DNA of 63,987 nucleotides, filler included, from Anaeromyces robustus (lineage: Eukaryota), in the NCBI GenBank assembly GCA_002104895.1. It is 3 parts of 3 records of this genome, joined end to end, with 100 filler letters (N's around TTAATTAATTAA, not from the genome) between each part and the next. Parts side by side here need not be neighbours in the genome. Positions count along the whole stretch, not along the records: positions 1 to 24,187 come from MCFG01000608.1; positions 24,288 to 48,161 come from MCFG01000609.1; 1 more part is not named here. One strand, written 5' to 3'. The notes under the pieces were generated by a model. It was not told where the DNA came from and did not search any database. It worked only from the letters and a program-made list of their open reading frames with translations. Below, in pieces: positions 14,980 to 28,259 of the stretch. A program made the translations under genes and the position numbers. The stretch's first letter is position 1. Each line of letters opens with the position of its first letter.

Positions 14980-16625
14980 ATTTTTTTTTTTTTAGACTAA
15001 AGGAAGAGAATACACTTCCATGTTTTTTATTTATTATAAAATAGTTATTAATACATTTAGATTAAGTACATTAATAAAATAGATAAAAAGAAAAATTTCT
15101 ATCTAAAAAAAATCTACAACATAAATTTAATATAAAGAAAAATATAATAAATTTCTGAAATAATTATAATTTCAGTGTAGGGTACTGTTCGGATTTCACT
15201 CCTCTCTAAATGGTAAAATAATATAAAGCAAAGAAGTAACATCTGAATTAAAGATAGTGTGGTGTCCACTAAACTCTCCCTTGGGCAATCTTCATCATTT
15301 CTAGTAAAAGAAGATGACTCCGAAGGCCCTGTGGTAGAAATAACATCGCGATTCGAGATATTATTATTATGTCTTATCGATTCGACGTCGACGCTCTTGG
15401 TAATAATGGGTGTTGATTTATACCGATCAAATAACAACTCCAAAAAGCTGCATATGACTGGTACTGTTTTTGTTAGATATTCAGCCAACCCCACAAAGTA
15501 TGGAACAGGAAACTCTTTTGAACTTTTATAAAGATGTTCAATTAAATGCTTCCGTTCCCCTTTATCGAAATGCAGCTCTTCTAGAGCTGAAGTTCCACCA
15601 AGAAGGAATAGATATATTTTATGGTTGATATATTTTTTTCATACTCTAAGATTGAGGTGTAATTGTTATATAAAGAGTGTCTCTTTATTTTGTCTGCAAA
15701 TGTGATGAAGAGGTCATTGATGAAATCTAGTGAATTCCATCTAATAAGAGAAAAGAAAGGGCAGTCAAAGATCCAATGTTCAAAGGATTGCTCTCCTTGT
15801 TGACAGCAGGGGCAATAAGAAGGGCATTCTTTTGAAACCTTTCCACTCTTATAGGCTATTTTCGAGTTATATACATATCCACAGCGTAAACGTATTATCC
15901 ATTTGATACCTAGATTAATATGAGGGTATTCATAACCCAACATAATAATATGTTTAGAATCACAAAATTTATATTTATCATAGTTTTTACCTTTAATTCC
16001 TTGTTTTTTAGCAAGATCATTCCAGTACCAATTTTTAATTTCTCTGTATTCACTAATTGACACATTTAGGAGTCTTTCCACTAATGAACTAGATTTAACC
16101 GCTCAAGAAGAGAATCTATTAATTCTTTCATAATGTAAAACAAGATCTTTAATAATACAATGTGAAATTTTCCATTTTTTGAAGCACTTAACTTGTCTAG
16201 CAGCGTAAACTCCTGCGATATGAGGTATCTGAAGGTTTCGAGAGAGAGCATAAGTACTCATATAGCTATACCTTTTATCCAAGGAGACTTTAGGAATTAC
16301 ATACATATTAAGATAGAAGGTAGGTTTTAAATAATCAGGAGGTTCTGTAAAAGACATAGGTTTGATTACCATAGTAACACATTTTTGAATACCAAAAGAC
16401 ATTTCATTTAGATCAGCCCATTTTAAAACTCTTTTTAAAATTTTTTGTAATCTTTTTTCAGAAGGTGCTTAAAGGACGATGTCATCAGCAAAAAATCCAC
16501 CACAGCAGTGTTTATCACCAATTTTAACACCGAGATTTTCACAATTATTTAAAATATCATTAATAAAAAGATTAAAAAGAATGGGTGAAAGAGGACAGCC
16601 TTGTCGAACACCTCTATTTATATTA
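14980..16625 (-). mobile_element. 5'-truncated decayed LINE: RT core, C-terminal zinc knuckle, 3' UTR and poly(A)
   Basis: Minus strand reads RGVRQGCPLSPILFNLFIND...CCGGFFADDIVL*APS...MSFGIQKC, then IRLRCG...CPCCQQGEQSFEHWIFDC and VPYFVGLAEYLTKTVPV. The T-tract at ~14981 is the poly(A) tail. Stops, frameshifts and an internal deletion are present. Confidence 0.92.
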
Positions 16626-16629
16626 TTAA

Positions 16630-17080
16630 TCTTTATTTATATTATTAATTTAAAAGAACATATATGTGACATATATATTACATTAAAGAAAGAAATATAT
16701 AATACATAAAATGTAAATTAAATACAAGTAATAAAAGATACAAAAAATAAATAAAATTTATTACAGATATTAATCAAATTAAAATATTAAATAAAAAAAA
16801 AGGAAAGAAGTTAAACTTCTAACTTCTCCCATTCAACGAATGAGATGTCATTCGAATCCGTATCGGAATAAATTCCATGCCTTATCTTTTCGACGTCGAC
16901 GCCCTTGAAGCCGCCCGGAGTGTTCTTATTGTTATTATACCAATTGAGAAGAATCAGAAAGGATATACTCACAATTGGCATAACAACAGTAAGAAAGTAC
17001 GACAGACCCACAATATACGGAACAGGAGACTCAGATGAACCTTTGAAAAGTTGTCCATGCCATTGTCTCCAGAGGACTAA
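16630..17080 (-). mobile_element. 3'-end fragment of a related LINE family
   Basis: ESPVPYIVGLSYFLTVVMPIV...GVDVEKIRH resembles VPYFVGLAEYLTKTVPV...SVDVESIRH of the adjacent LINE; followed by an AT-rich 3' UTR. Confidence 0.75.
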
Positions 17081-17089
17081 AAAATGATA

Positions 17090-17220
17090 AAATATTTTTT
17101 AAAAATATTGATCAAATTAAAAAGGTTAAATAAATAAAAAAGAAAGTAGTCAAACTTTTAACCTCCAATTCAACGAATGGAATACCATTTGAACCCATGT
17201 CAGAATAAATTTATGTCTAT
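17090..17220 (-). mobile_element. Third, very short LINE 3'-end relic
   Basis: 17105-17212 (ATATTGATCAAATTAAAA...GTCAAACTTTTAACCTCCAATTCAACGAATGG...GAATAAATT) is a diverged copy of ~16767-16875. Confidence 0.65.
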
Positions 17221-17727
17221 TTTTTTTTTTTTACTTTCACACTATTGAACAGATATAAATAACATAAATATATATATATATATTTAATTTTTACAAAATT
17301 AAATATTTATTATTTTTATTATTATTTTTATTATTATTTTTATTATTATTTTTTATTATTTTTTATTATTTTTATTATTTTTATTATTTTTATTAATAGA
17401 TTTTTTCATATTACATATTACTAGTATACTGTTTCAAAATTTTTATTATAATTATCAATTAAAATTACTTGTTTAAAAAATTTTTTTTCCATTTTTTATG
17501 CAAAATGATAATTATAATAAAAATTATGCAAAATGATAATTATAATAAAAATTATAATAAAAATTATGCAAAATGATAATTATAATAAAAATTATAATAA
17601 AAATTTTTTTTCTTTAAGTAACTCTTGAAAGAATTTATACAAATAATATTTAATTTTTATAATTTTAAAAAAAAAATTAATGTTGTAAATTGATTTTTAA
17701 TTTATCATTAGCAATAGATATTACACT

Positions 17728-17901
17728 TTATAAATTTTCATAATAACCTGTAAGAATTTCTATACCACTATTTTCAAATTTTGAAGGAATTGATTTAATA
17801 TCTTCATTATTTCTTAAATCTCTATAGAACAAATTAATTATAATATGAAAATTAATTAAAATATAATTATTATTATTATTTATTATTATTATTATTTATT
17901 A

Positions 17902-17937
<36 letters not shown>

Positions 17938-20475
17938 AGTTATTATATTATAAAATAATATTATAAATTAGTTATTATAAGTAATATATATTTATTTAAA
18001 TATTTACATTAAGTTTTTTAAGTTTCATAATTCCAGATGGAATATCTGTAATTTTGTTGTTATATAATATTCTATATATTAATTTGATTATTTAATTTTT
18101 TAAAACAAAATACAAGAATATTATTTAAGGAAATATTAAATTATTATAAAATGTAAATGACGAAAATATTTTAATTAATTTATTAGTTTATCAATATTAT
18201 TAACTAATTATTATTATTCGTTTTTATAAATATATAAATATTTACAATTCTTGAAGATTATAAAATTTCAAAAATCCTGTAATTTTAGATAAGTTATTAT
18301 TACTTAAATCACTGTATATTGTAATGTGTTGAGTTGATTTTTTCATTTTTTATTATAAAAATTAGAATAAATATAATAAAATAAATATAAAAATTAGAAT
18401 AAATATAAAAAATAAATATAAAAATATTTTAAATGGAAAAATAAATTTAAAAAATAAATATAAAAATATTTTAAATGGAAAAATAAATTTAAAAAATTAA
18501 TTATTATAATTATCAATATTTACAGTGATTTAAGATTTTTAAGTATATTTAATGGATATGGCATAGTAGAAAATGAATTTTTACCTAATAATCTATATAT
18601 TAATTTAATTAATTTTTTAAAAGAAAATACAAAAAAAAATATATTTAAGACAATATTAAAATATTAGAAAATTGTAAATGATAATAATATTTTTAAGTGT
18701 ATTTTCTCTTTTTTTAATTTATTAATATTACTAACTAATTATTAGAATTCGTTATATAAATATTTACAATACTTCAAGATTACTTAAATCGTCAAGTCCT
18801 TTAAAATTTTCTAAACCATTATCACTTAAATCTCTGTATATTGCAATGAGTTGAGTTGATTTTTTCATTTTTTATTATAAAAATTAGAATAAATATAATA
18901 ACATGAAAATAAAAATATTTTAAAAGGAAAAATAATTTCTATTAAAAAATTAATTATAACTATAAATATTTACAATGATTTAAGTTGTGTAAGTTTCAAA
19001 AGTTCAGATGGTACTGTAGATAATTTATTTCCACTCAGTATTCTATATATTAATTTAATTAATTTTTTAAAATAATATACATACAAAAACATATTTAAGA
19101 TAATATTAAAATATTAAAAAATTATAAATGAAAATAATATTTTAATTTTATTTTATTCTTTTTTTTAATTTATCAATATTATTAACTAATTATTAATATT
19201 CTATTTATTATAAATATTTACAATACTTCAAGACTTCTAAGTTTCCAAATATCTTCAAGGTTAATTGAAATATTATTACTTAAATTTCTGTAAAATGATG
19301 TTTATTGATTTAATTAGTTCATTTTTATAATAAAATTTAGAATAAATAATAAAATAAAAATAAAAATTATTTTTATTTGAAAAAAATTTTTTATTAAAAA
19401 ATTAATTATTATAATTTATCAATATTTACAATGATCTAAGTTTATTAAGTTGCTCAAGTCCAGAAGGTATTTCAGATAATTTATTTCCACTCAATGATCT
19501 ATATATTAATTTGATTAAACAATTTTTTAAAAGAATATACAATAATATATTTAAAATATTTGAAAATTGTAAATTAAATAATATTTTGAACTTTATTTTT
19601 TTTTGTTAAAATTTATCAATATTAATTAATTATTAATAGTCATATTTATAAGTAATTTACAGTTCTTGAAGTTTACTAAGTTTATTAATTTCAGAAAATT
19701 TAACTAACATATTATTATTTAAATCTCTGTATAATGAAGCATATTGATTTTATTATTTTATTTTTTATAATAAAAATAAGAATAAATAATAAAATAAAAA
19801 TAAAAATATTTTAAATTTAAAAGTAATTTTTATTAAAAAATTAATTATTATAATTATCAATATTTACAATGATTTAAGTTTATTAAGTTGTACAAGTCCT
19901 GACGGTATATCAAATAATCCATTTCCACTCAATGATCTATATATTAATTTGATTAAATAATTTTTTAAAAGAATATACAATAATATATTTAAGACAATAT
20001 TAAAATATTAGAAAATTGTAAATTAAATAATATTTTGAACTTTTTTTTTGTTAAAATTTATCAATATTAATTAATTATTAATAGTAATGTTTATTAATAA
20101 TTTACAATTCTTGAAGATTACTAAGTTTCTCAATATTTGGAAAGTCATCTAATCTATTATTACTTATATCTCTGCATAATGAAGTATATTTATTTGATTA
20201 TTTTATTTTATAAAATAAAATTTAGAATAAATTTAGTAGATTAAAAATAAAAATATTTTAATTTGAAAAAAATAAATTGGTTTAAAAATAATTAATTATT
20301 TTATTTATAAATATTTAATCGTTAATATTCATATCTATATGTACTTACAATTTCAAAAGGTTTGTCAAATTAGTAATCCCGGTTACATCTTTAACATAAC
20401 AATCTTTTATTGTTCTTCATAATGTAATGCATTAAATTTATTTATTTGTATTTCAAATAAAAAATAAATATATTA

Positions 20476-20555
<80 letters not shown>

Positions 20556-21262
20556 ACAATTATTATTTTTTTTTTTGTGATTTTTAAATGTAATGAATAT
20601 ATATTTAAAAATATAAAAATCAAATAAAAATATAACAATATATATCTATACAAAACTAATTAAAAATGACTATTATATTATGATTAACAAAAATTTTCTT
20701 TATTTTTCTTTTATTTACAATTCTTCTAAAGTAATTATTTTACTAATAATAGATGGAATTCCACTAGTATAATCTTGATCATGAATTTCTCTGTAATAAA
20801 TAAAAATTAGTTATATATTAATATATATAATATTCTTTATTTCAATTAATATAAATTCTTTATATATATTTACTTACAAACTATATATATTATTTTCACT
20901 ATTCATTTTACATATAAAATTATTTGATTCACAATTTTTACAAACTTCCTCTTTTAATTTATCACATGTCAAGCATTTATTAATATTATTTTGTTCATAT
21001 GAACTTTTATGATAATTAAATAATATATTATATTATATTATATATTATATATTTGAATATATCAATTATTAAATTATTTATTATATTCTATTTTTAATTT
21101 ATAATTATAAATTTATAATAATAATTTAATTATATAATTACACTGAAACATTTTCATTATCAATTGTATTCGGAATAGACTCCAGACAATTATAAAAAAT
21201 AAAAAAAGTTTTTTTATAATTAGTAATAACAAAAATTATTAATATTAATATTATTATTATTA

Positions 21263-21303
<41 letters not shown>

Positions 21304-21320
21304 TATTATTATTATTATTA

Positions 21321-21358
<38 letters not shown>

Positions 21359-23600
21359 TATTATTTATTTTATTTTCATTTATCTTTATTAATAATTAAT
21401 TATTGATTATTGATTTTGAATAATATATTATTCTTTTATATACTAACAATCTTTTAAGATTAATAAGATTTCCAATTGTTTCAGGAATTGAAGAGATTTT
21501 ATCATTTAGTAAATATCTTTATAATATTATCAGTTAATTGACAAAATATTAAAATATAATAATAATATAAAAAAAATGTAATATATTTATTTTATTTAAG
21601 TATATAAGTATATATAATAAAATTAATAGTATAAACATAAAGAAATATGATATTTTTATTATTTATTATAATTTACAATTCTTTTATGGATGTTAACTCA
21701 AAAATAACATCTGGAATACCCGAACTAAAATCTTGATTATTAATTTTTCTATAATATACAATTATAATGAATCATTTTTAATATAAATATTATATTTTTT
21801 TTTTGTCTTTCAAGTATAATAATTTATATAAATATATATAATCTTTAATATTTATCAATTAAACATAATAATAAAACAAATTTACAAGTGATATATTTTG
21901 TCACTACTATTAACTACACATTCAAAGTCATCGCCATTACATGAAGGACATATTTGATTTTTTAATTCATCACACGAATAACAATAACTTTTATTATTGT
22001 TTTCGAAGGATCTATTAAAATAATTCATTTATAGGTATAATTGATATAATTGATATAATTGACATATATATATATAGGAATATATTTTTTAATTAAATTA
22101 ATTATAATTAAATGATGTATTTGATTTAATAAAAATTTTAGTAGTTTTCTTAAAAAATATCTTACACATATGTTTTCCCAACAAGTTTTGATGGTAATTC
22201 ATTTATACAATTATTATCTAAAACTCTTTAATAAAGATTTTTTAAAATAGTTTTTTTACAAAATTTAATTTAATGAATAAATAATGTATCATTAATACAA
22301 TATTTTATGTATTAAAAATAAAAATATATTATATTCAAAAAAATTATATAATAAAACTTTTTACTTACAATTCTTTTAATTTTTTTAAATTTCCAATTTC
22401 ATTAGGAACTATATAATAAAACTTTTTACTTACAATTCTTTTAATTTTTTTAAATTTCCAATTTCATTAGGAACTGACTTTAAATTATTTTTTTTTAATA
22501 ATCTGTAAATTAACACAATAAAAAAATATAAAAAATTTAATGCATAAATAAAAAAATAACAAAGTATTCATATTAATAATTTTAATTAATAATATGAAGT
22601 ATTTCAACTATATATTTATGATTCTATTATCATTTTTAATGTTTTTTTATTAAATATACTAACAAATTTTCAAGATTAGAAAGATTTCCAATTGATGTAG
22701 GAATTGATGTTAATTTACAATTAGTTAAATATCTATTATATATAATATAATATATGTTCGATTTGACGATAACATAATAAATATATATTATATTATTAAT
22801 TAATAAATTTATTAATATTAAATTTATTATAATATTAAATATATTAAATAATAAATTTAAAAATTTAAATAAATATTCATATATGAAAATTATTAAATCT
22901 ATTCTTTTTATTTAATAATTATTTTGTATTATATATATATTTTCTTACAAACTAATAAGTGCTTTAAGATTTCCAATGGATGAAGGAAGAGAACTTATAT
23001 CATTATTACTTAATTTTCTAAATATAAAGTGTATTACATAAAAAAAAATAGTAATAAGTTTAATTACATTTAAATTAAAAAAAAAATTAAAATAATAGAA
23101 AAATAAAATATTAACGAATTATATTATTATTTTTAAAAATTTTAAATTTTATTTCATCAATAACTTACAAATATTTGAGATTATTGAGTTTTCCAATATC
23201 CTTAGGAATAGTTGTTAATTTATTTGTTCTTAGATCTCTATTTATAAATATAAATATATTATTTTTATGGATTATTCAGTAATTTGTTTTTATTTTTATC
23301 ATTATTCAATTTAAAATAATATACTCTAATATATTTTTCTAATGATGAATTATTAATATTAATTATAAATGTTATATTTTATTTTTTAATAAACTTACAA
23401 TCTTTTAAGTTTCTTAAGATTTACGATTTTTTGAGGAATTGATGAAATTTTATCATTAATTAAATATCTTTTTGTATTATTAATTAGAAAATTTAAAAAT
23501 ACAAAAAAAATAATAATAAATTTAATTATATATTATTTAAATAAAATAATTTAAATATATGTATAATTTAAATTATAAACACTTATTTATTTATCATAAC

Positions 23601-23652
<52 letters not shown>

Positions 23653-24033
23653 TTATTATTATTATTATCGATTTATTATATATAAACATACAAATCCTTT
23701 AAAGAAGTTATACTGAAAATATTATCTGGAATACCACTACTAAAATCTTGATTATTAATTAATCTATATATAAAAATAATTTATAAAAAAATTAATGATC
23801 CATTTTAATTATAGATATAAATTAAATAATTGAAATATATTTAATAATTATTAAGAAATATTTATATTATTGATTACTAACAAAGAATATATATTTCCAT
23901 TTTCATCAGTTTTACATTGAAAATTATCATTACCACATGAACTGCAAATTTGTTTTTCACTTTGTTACATGTAAGAGTTGCTGCAAGAGCAACTGAAATA
24001 TATGATAAAATAAATAATAGAATTTTTATTCAT
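17728..24033 (-). CDS. Multi-exon (~26 exons) leucine-rich-repeat protein, probably secreted, one LRR per exon; possibly partly disrupted
   Basis: GT-AG bounded 66/69/72-nt exons each encode one LRR, e.g. 23763-23692 LINNQDFSSGIPDNIFSITSLKDL, ~23237-23169 DLRTNKLTTIPKDIGKLNNLKYL, ~22732-22664 YLTNCKLTSIPTSIGNLSNLENL, 20171-20106 DISNNRLDDFPNIEKLSNLQEL, 19936-19868 SLSGNGLFDIPSGLVQLNKLKSL. Signal-like IKILLFILSYISVALAA in exon 1; last exon DLRNNEDIKSIPSKFENSGIEILTGYYENL*. Defects: two frameshifts in exon 1, no clear acceptor at ~21200, and a 64-nt exon at 18071-18008. Confidence 0.88.
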
Positions 24034-24187
24034 TCTTTTTACTTTTTAAATAATTTATTATAAATTATATATATATAAAATACAAATAAACGAAAAAGAA
24101 AAAATATAATAAAAAAAAATGAAAAAAGAAAAAAAAAAAGAAAGAAAGAAAAATAAAATTATTGAGCTAAATAATAAAGATTTATAT

Positions 24188-24287
24188 NNNNNNNNNNNNN
24201 NNNNNNNNNNNNNNNNNNNNNNNNNNNNNNNTTAATTAATTAANNNNNNNNNNNNNNNNNNNNNNNNNNNNNNNNNNNNNNNNNNNN
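24188..24287. other. Artificial contig linker N44-TTAATTAATTAA-N44
   Basis: Exactly 100 bp with stops in all six frames at its centre; identical to the linker at 48162. Confidence 0.97.
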
Positions 24288-25401
24288 ATATAATTAAATA
24301 TAATTAAATATATATATAGTTTTAATTAAAATATATATAATAAAAATATTATTATATATATATGGTTTTAATTAAACAATTAAACAATTAATATAATTTT
24401 GTTATTATCATTGGTCAAAAATAATTAAAATTTTAATTAAAAGGTTTTGTCATTCTAATTTAAATTCAAAAATAAGTAAGCCACATATTAATAGAAATAC
24501 GCCATACATTTATAATTCAACTTTATGTAAAGATGGAGGTGCATTTCGAAAACTTGAATTTCGTAAAAGTGCTATCGTGCTGGACATAATTTACTTATTA
24601 TAGAATAAAATTTTGAAATTGAGATCTTGAAATTGCAATTTCATAATTTTGAAAATTATTTAAGCTATAACGAAAATTGAAAATTTAAAACAAAAGGCTG
24701 AAATAATATTTACTATATTTGGAATGAAAGTTATAACTAAATAAATTAAATCCAAAATGAAAATTTGAAATTTAAAATTTGAAATTTAAAATTTGAAATT
24801 CAGAAAATAAGCAAACAATTTAAAATTTAAATAAAATAATTATCTTAAATTTAATGAAGTTATAAATAAATAATTAAATATATATTAGCGATATAATTTA
24901 TGACCCAAGATTTATTGCAGGACTTTTAGGAAACTTACACTATGAAATATTAATGGCAGGGACCAGGAGAATTTGCATATTTTCTTTTATAAGAAATGAA
25001 TAAAAAAAAAATGACACAACTTATAATATTTATCATTTAATGGTCAATTTCATTTTTATTTTTTATTTTTTTATTTTTATTTTTATTCTTTATTTTTATT
25101 TTTATTTTTATTTTTTATTTTTATTTTTATTTTTATTTTTATTATTTATTTTAGAATATAAAACAATTTATATTCTTTAAAAAAATTTTTTTTTGCTTAA
25201 TATATAAAATATTTATATATTATTGAATTAAAAAGAAAATAAATTAATAAAATAAAAATTAAATAAAGAATTATATAAAGAAATAGAAAGGAAAGGAAGT
25301 AAAAAAAAATTTTTTAAGAGGAAAAAAAAAAGATAGTTTTTTTTGTTATTTTTTTTTTTTTTTTTTTGATTACTGATTAATAATATAAATATTATAAAAT
25401 A

Positions 25402-25444
<43 letters not shown>

Positions 25445-26010
25445 TAATATTTTTTGTGTGTATATATATACTTGTATATATATTATTATATATACATATA
25501 TACATATATACTGATTAAGATAGTATTCATTTTTTTTATTTTTTTTTATTGAAAATTATTATTACTATTATTACTATTATTACTATTATTATTGGTATTA
25601 GTATTGCGATGAATTGTAAATGAAAAAAATAAAATAAAAAAAAAAAGTAAATATTGTTAAGGTAGTGTATATAAAAAAAATATTTATAATAGATTTTAAA
25701 TATGAATTTATATTATAAATATGTTAATAATGATTATTATTATTATCATTATTATTACTAATTTTTTTTTTTTGTTATTATTATTATTATTATTGATTAA
25801 TAAGTTATTTAATTTAATTTAATTTAATTTTTATTTTTTTTTTTTTTTTTTATTTTTTCCTTTTCCTTTCGTTTTTTTTTTTTTTTTTATATATATTATA
25901 TATTTTTATTTTTATTTTATTTTTATGTTTGTTTGTTTTTTTTTATGTTTTTTTTTTTTTTTTTATGTTTTTTTTTTTTTTATGTTTATGTTTTTTTTTT
26001 CTTTTTATAT

Positions 26011-28212
26011 CTATAAATAATCAACTAAACCTAAAATGGCATCTTCTGGGAAATGAGTTTTAGCATAAAATAATACAGTTCTTTTACGATTATCTTTTAT
26101 ACTTAAATCAGCTCCTCTTTTATATAATTTTAAATAATATTTACCAAAATCATTCCATTTTAAATTAATATCCATAGCTATATACATTAATAAGGTACGT
26201 CCATTTTCATCTACTAAATTAACATCTACATCTTCTACATTTAATAATAAATCTAATGTATCATAATATCCTTCTTGTACTGCTATCATTAATGCTGTTT
26301 TACCATTATCATTTTGTTTATTAATATTTACTGCATTAACATATAATTTTTCTTGTATATATTCATCACTTAATCCTTGTTGATGTTTACAACATAATAA
26401 AGTTTGTATAATAGATCTATAATCTATATATTTATATTTTAATAATATTTGTATAGTTTTATTACGTCCATGTTTGGCTGCAAACATGATTGCTGTATTA
26501 CCCTTATTATCTTTTATATTTAAATTGGCATGATATTGTAATAATACTTGAATAGTATTATAAAATCCTCGATCACTAGCTAACATTAATGCTGTTTGAC
26601 CTTTGAAATTTTGTAAATCTACTAATTTTGGATGATGTTTTAATAATATACTAATAATTTCTGTATTTTGATTAATTTCTCTAAAAGTTGGCATACGTAC
26701 GGCATAATTTTGACAAGCACTTGTTAATACTGTGTCTTGACTTTTACTACGTAAATAAACATTGGCTCCATAATCTAATAATAATTTTACTATATTAAAA
26801 TGCATTAATCTTGCCGCTACCATAATAGGCGTTTCTCCTTTAAAATTATGAATATTTGGATTAGCCCCTCGACTTAATAAAAGTTTTGCTAAATCAGCTT
26901 GTTCATTTTTTATTAAACAAACATACATTAATGGTCCTGGACATCTTACTGTTTTACAATTTACATCTCCTCCATATTCTATTAATAATTTAAAAGCAGA
27001 TTTATAATAATTTATTTTTTCACCATTTAAATCTAATGTAACATCACCACCATCAACAAGAAATTCTAATTCTCTAATCGTTAATAATAATTCATTTTCT
27101 TTTTCTTTATTTTGTATATTGACATCAGCACCATGTTGTAAAACTAATTTAAATACTTCTATATTACGACTTTTATTAGCATACATTAATGCAGTATCAC
27201 CACAATCATTTTGTAAGTTAACATCTGCTCCGTATTGAAGTAAAAGTTTTACAATTTCTAAATTACCTGTCCAACATGCATGCATTAATGCTGTACGTCC
27301 ATATTTTTTTTGTATATTTGGATTAGCATGATGTTCTAATAAAATTCTTACTAATTCTACATTATCTTTACTTGTAGTAATCATTAATACTGTTTTACCT
27401 CCTTCAAATTGATCATTAATATTAACTTTACATTCTAAAAGAAGATTAACAATATTTATATAAGAAAATCGACAGGCATATAAAAATCCATTATTACCTT
27501 TTTTATTTTTTGCAAAAATATTACAACTATTTTCAATTAATAATTTAACAATATCAAGTGATCCAACTCTACATGCTATAATAAAAGCGGTTTCTCCCTT
27601 TTTATCTTTCATATCAATATAATTAATTTTACAATTAAAACTATCTGATAAAAATGGTAATAATAATTTATTATATTTTCTACTACAATCTTTTGTTGAT
27701 TGTAAACAATTTAAACTCTTTTTTTTAACAATTTTATTAATATTATCATTACCATTATCATTATTATTACCATTATTATTACTATTATCATTATTATTAC
27801 CATTATTATTATTAATATTATTATTATGATTTTGATTATTTATTGCAGTAATATCACTTGTAAGTTGTGATGTTATATTGATCGAATTTAGGGTTGTGTT
27901 ACCAAGATTATTATTAATAATATTAGGATTTAAAATATTAAATGAATTATTATATGTTGTTGTTGTAGTTGTTGTTGTTGTATTTATAGCAGTTGTAGTA
28001 ATATTTGTAGTAGTAGTATTTGCAATATTATTACTACTAAAAGAATTAATTGTATTGACATTAGAATTAATTGTACCAATTGTAGTATTACCAATACCAA
28101 TATCTACATTATTAGTTAATATACTGTTTATAGTACCTATTGTTGTATTACCAATACCATTATAATTATGATTACTACTAATATTATTAATATCATTATC
28201 ATCATCATTATC

Positions 28213-28259
<47 letters not shown>

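Noticed and set aside
24232..24243. TTAATTAATTAA as a biological motif or piggyBac site
   Set aside because: Sits symmetrically between 44-N runs at both gaps, so it is an artificial linker.
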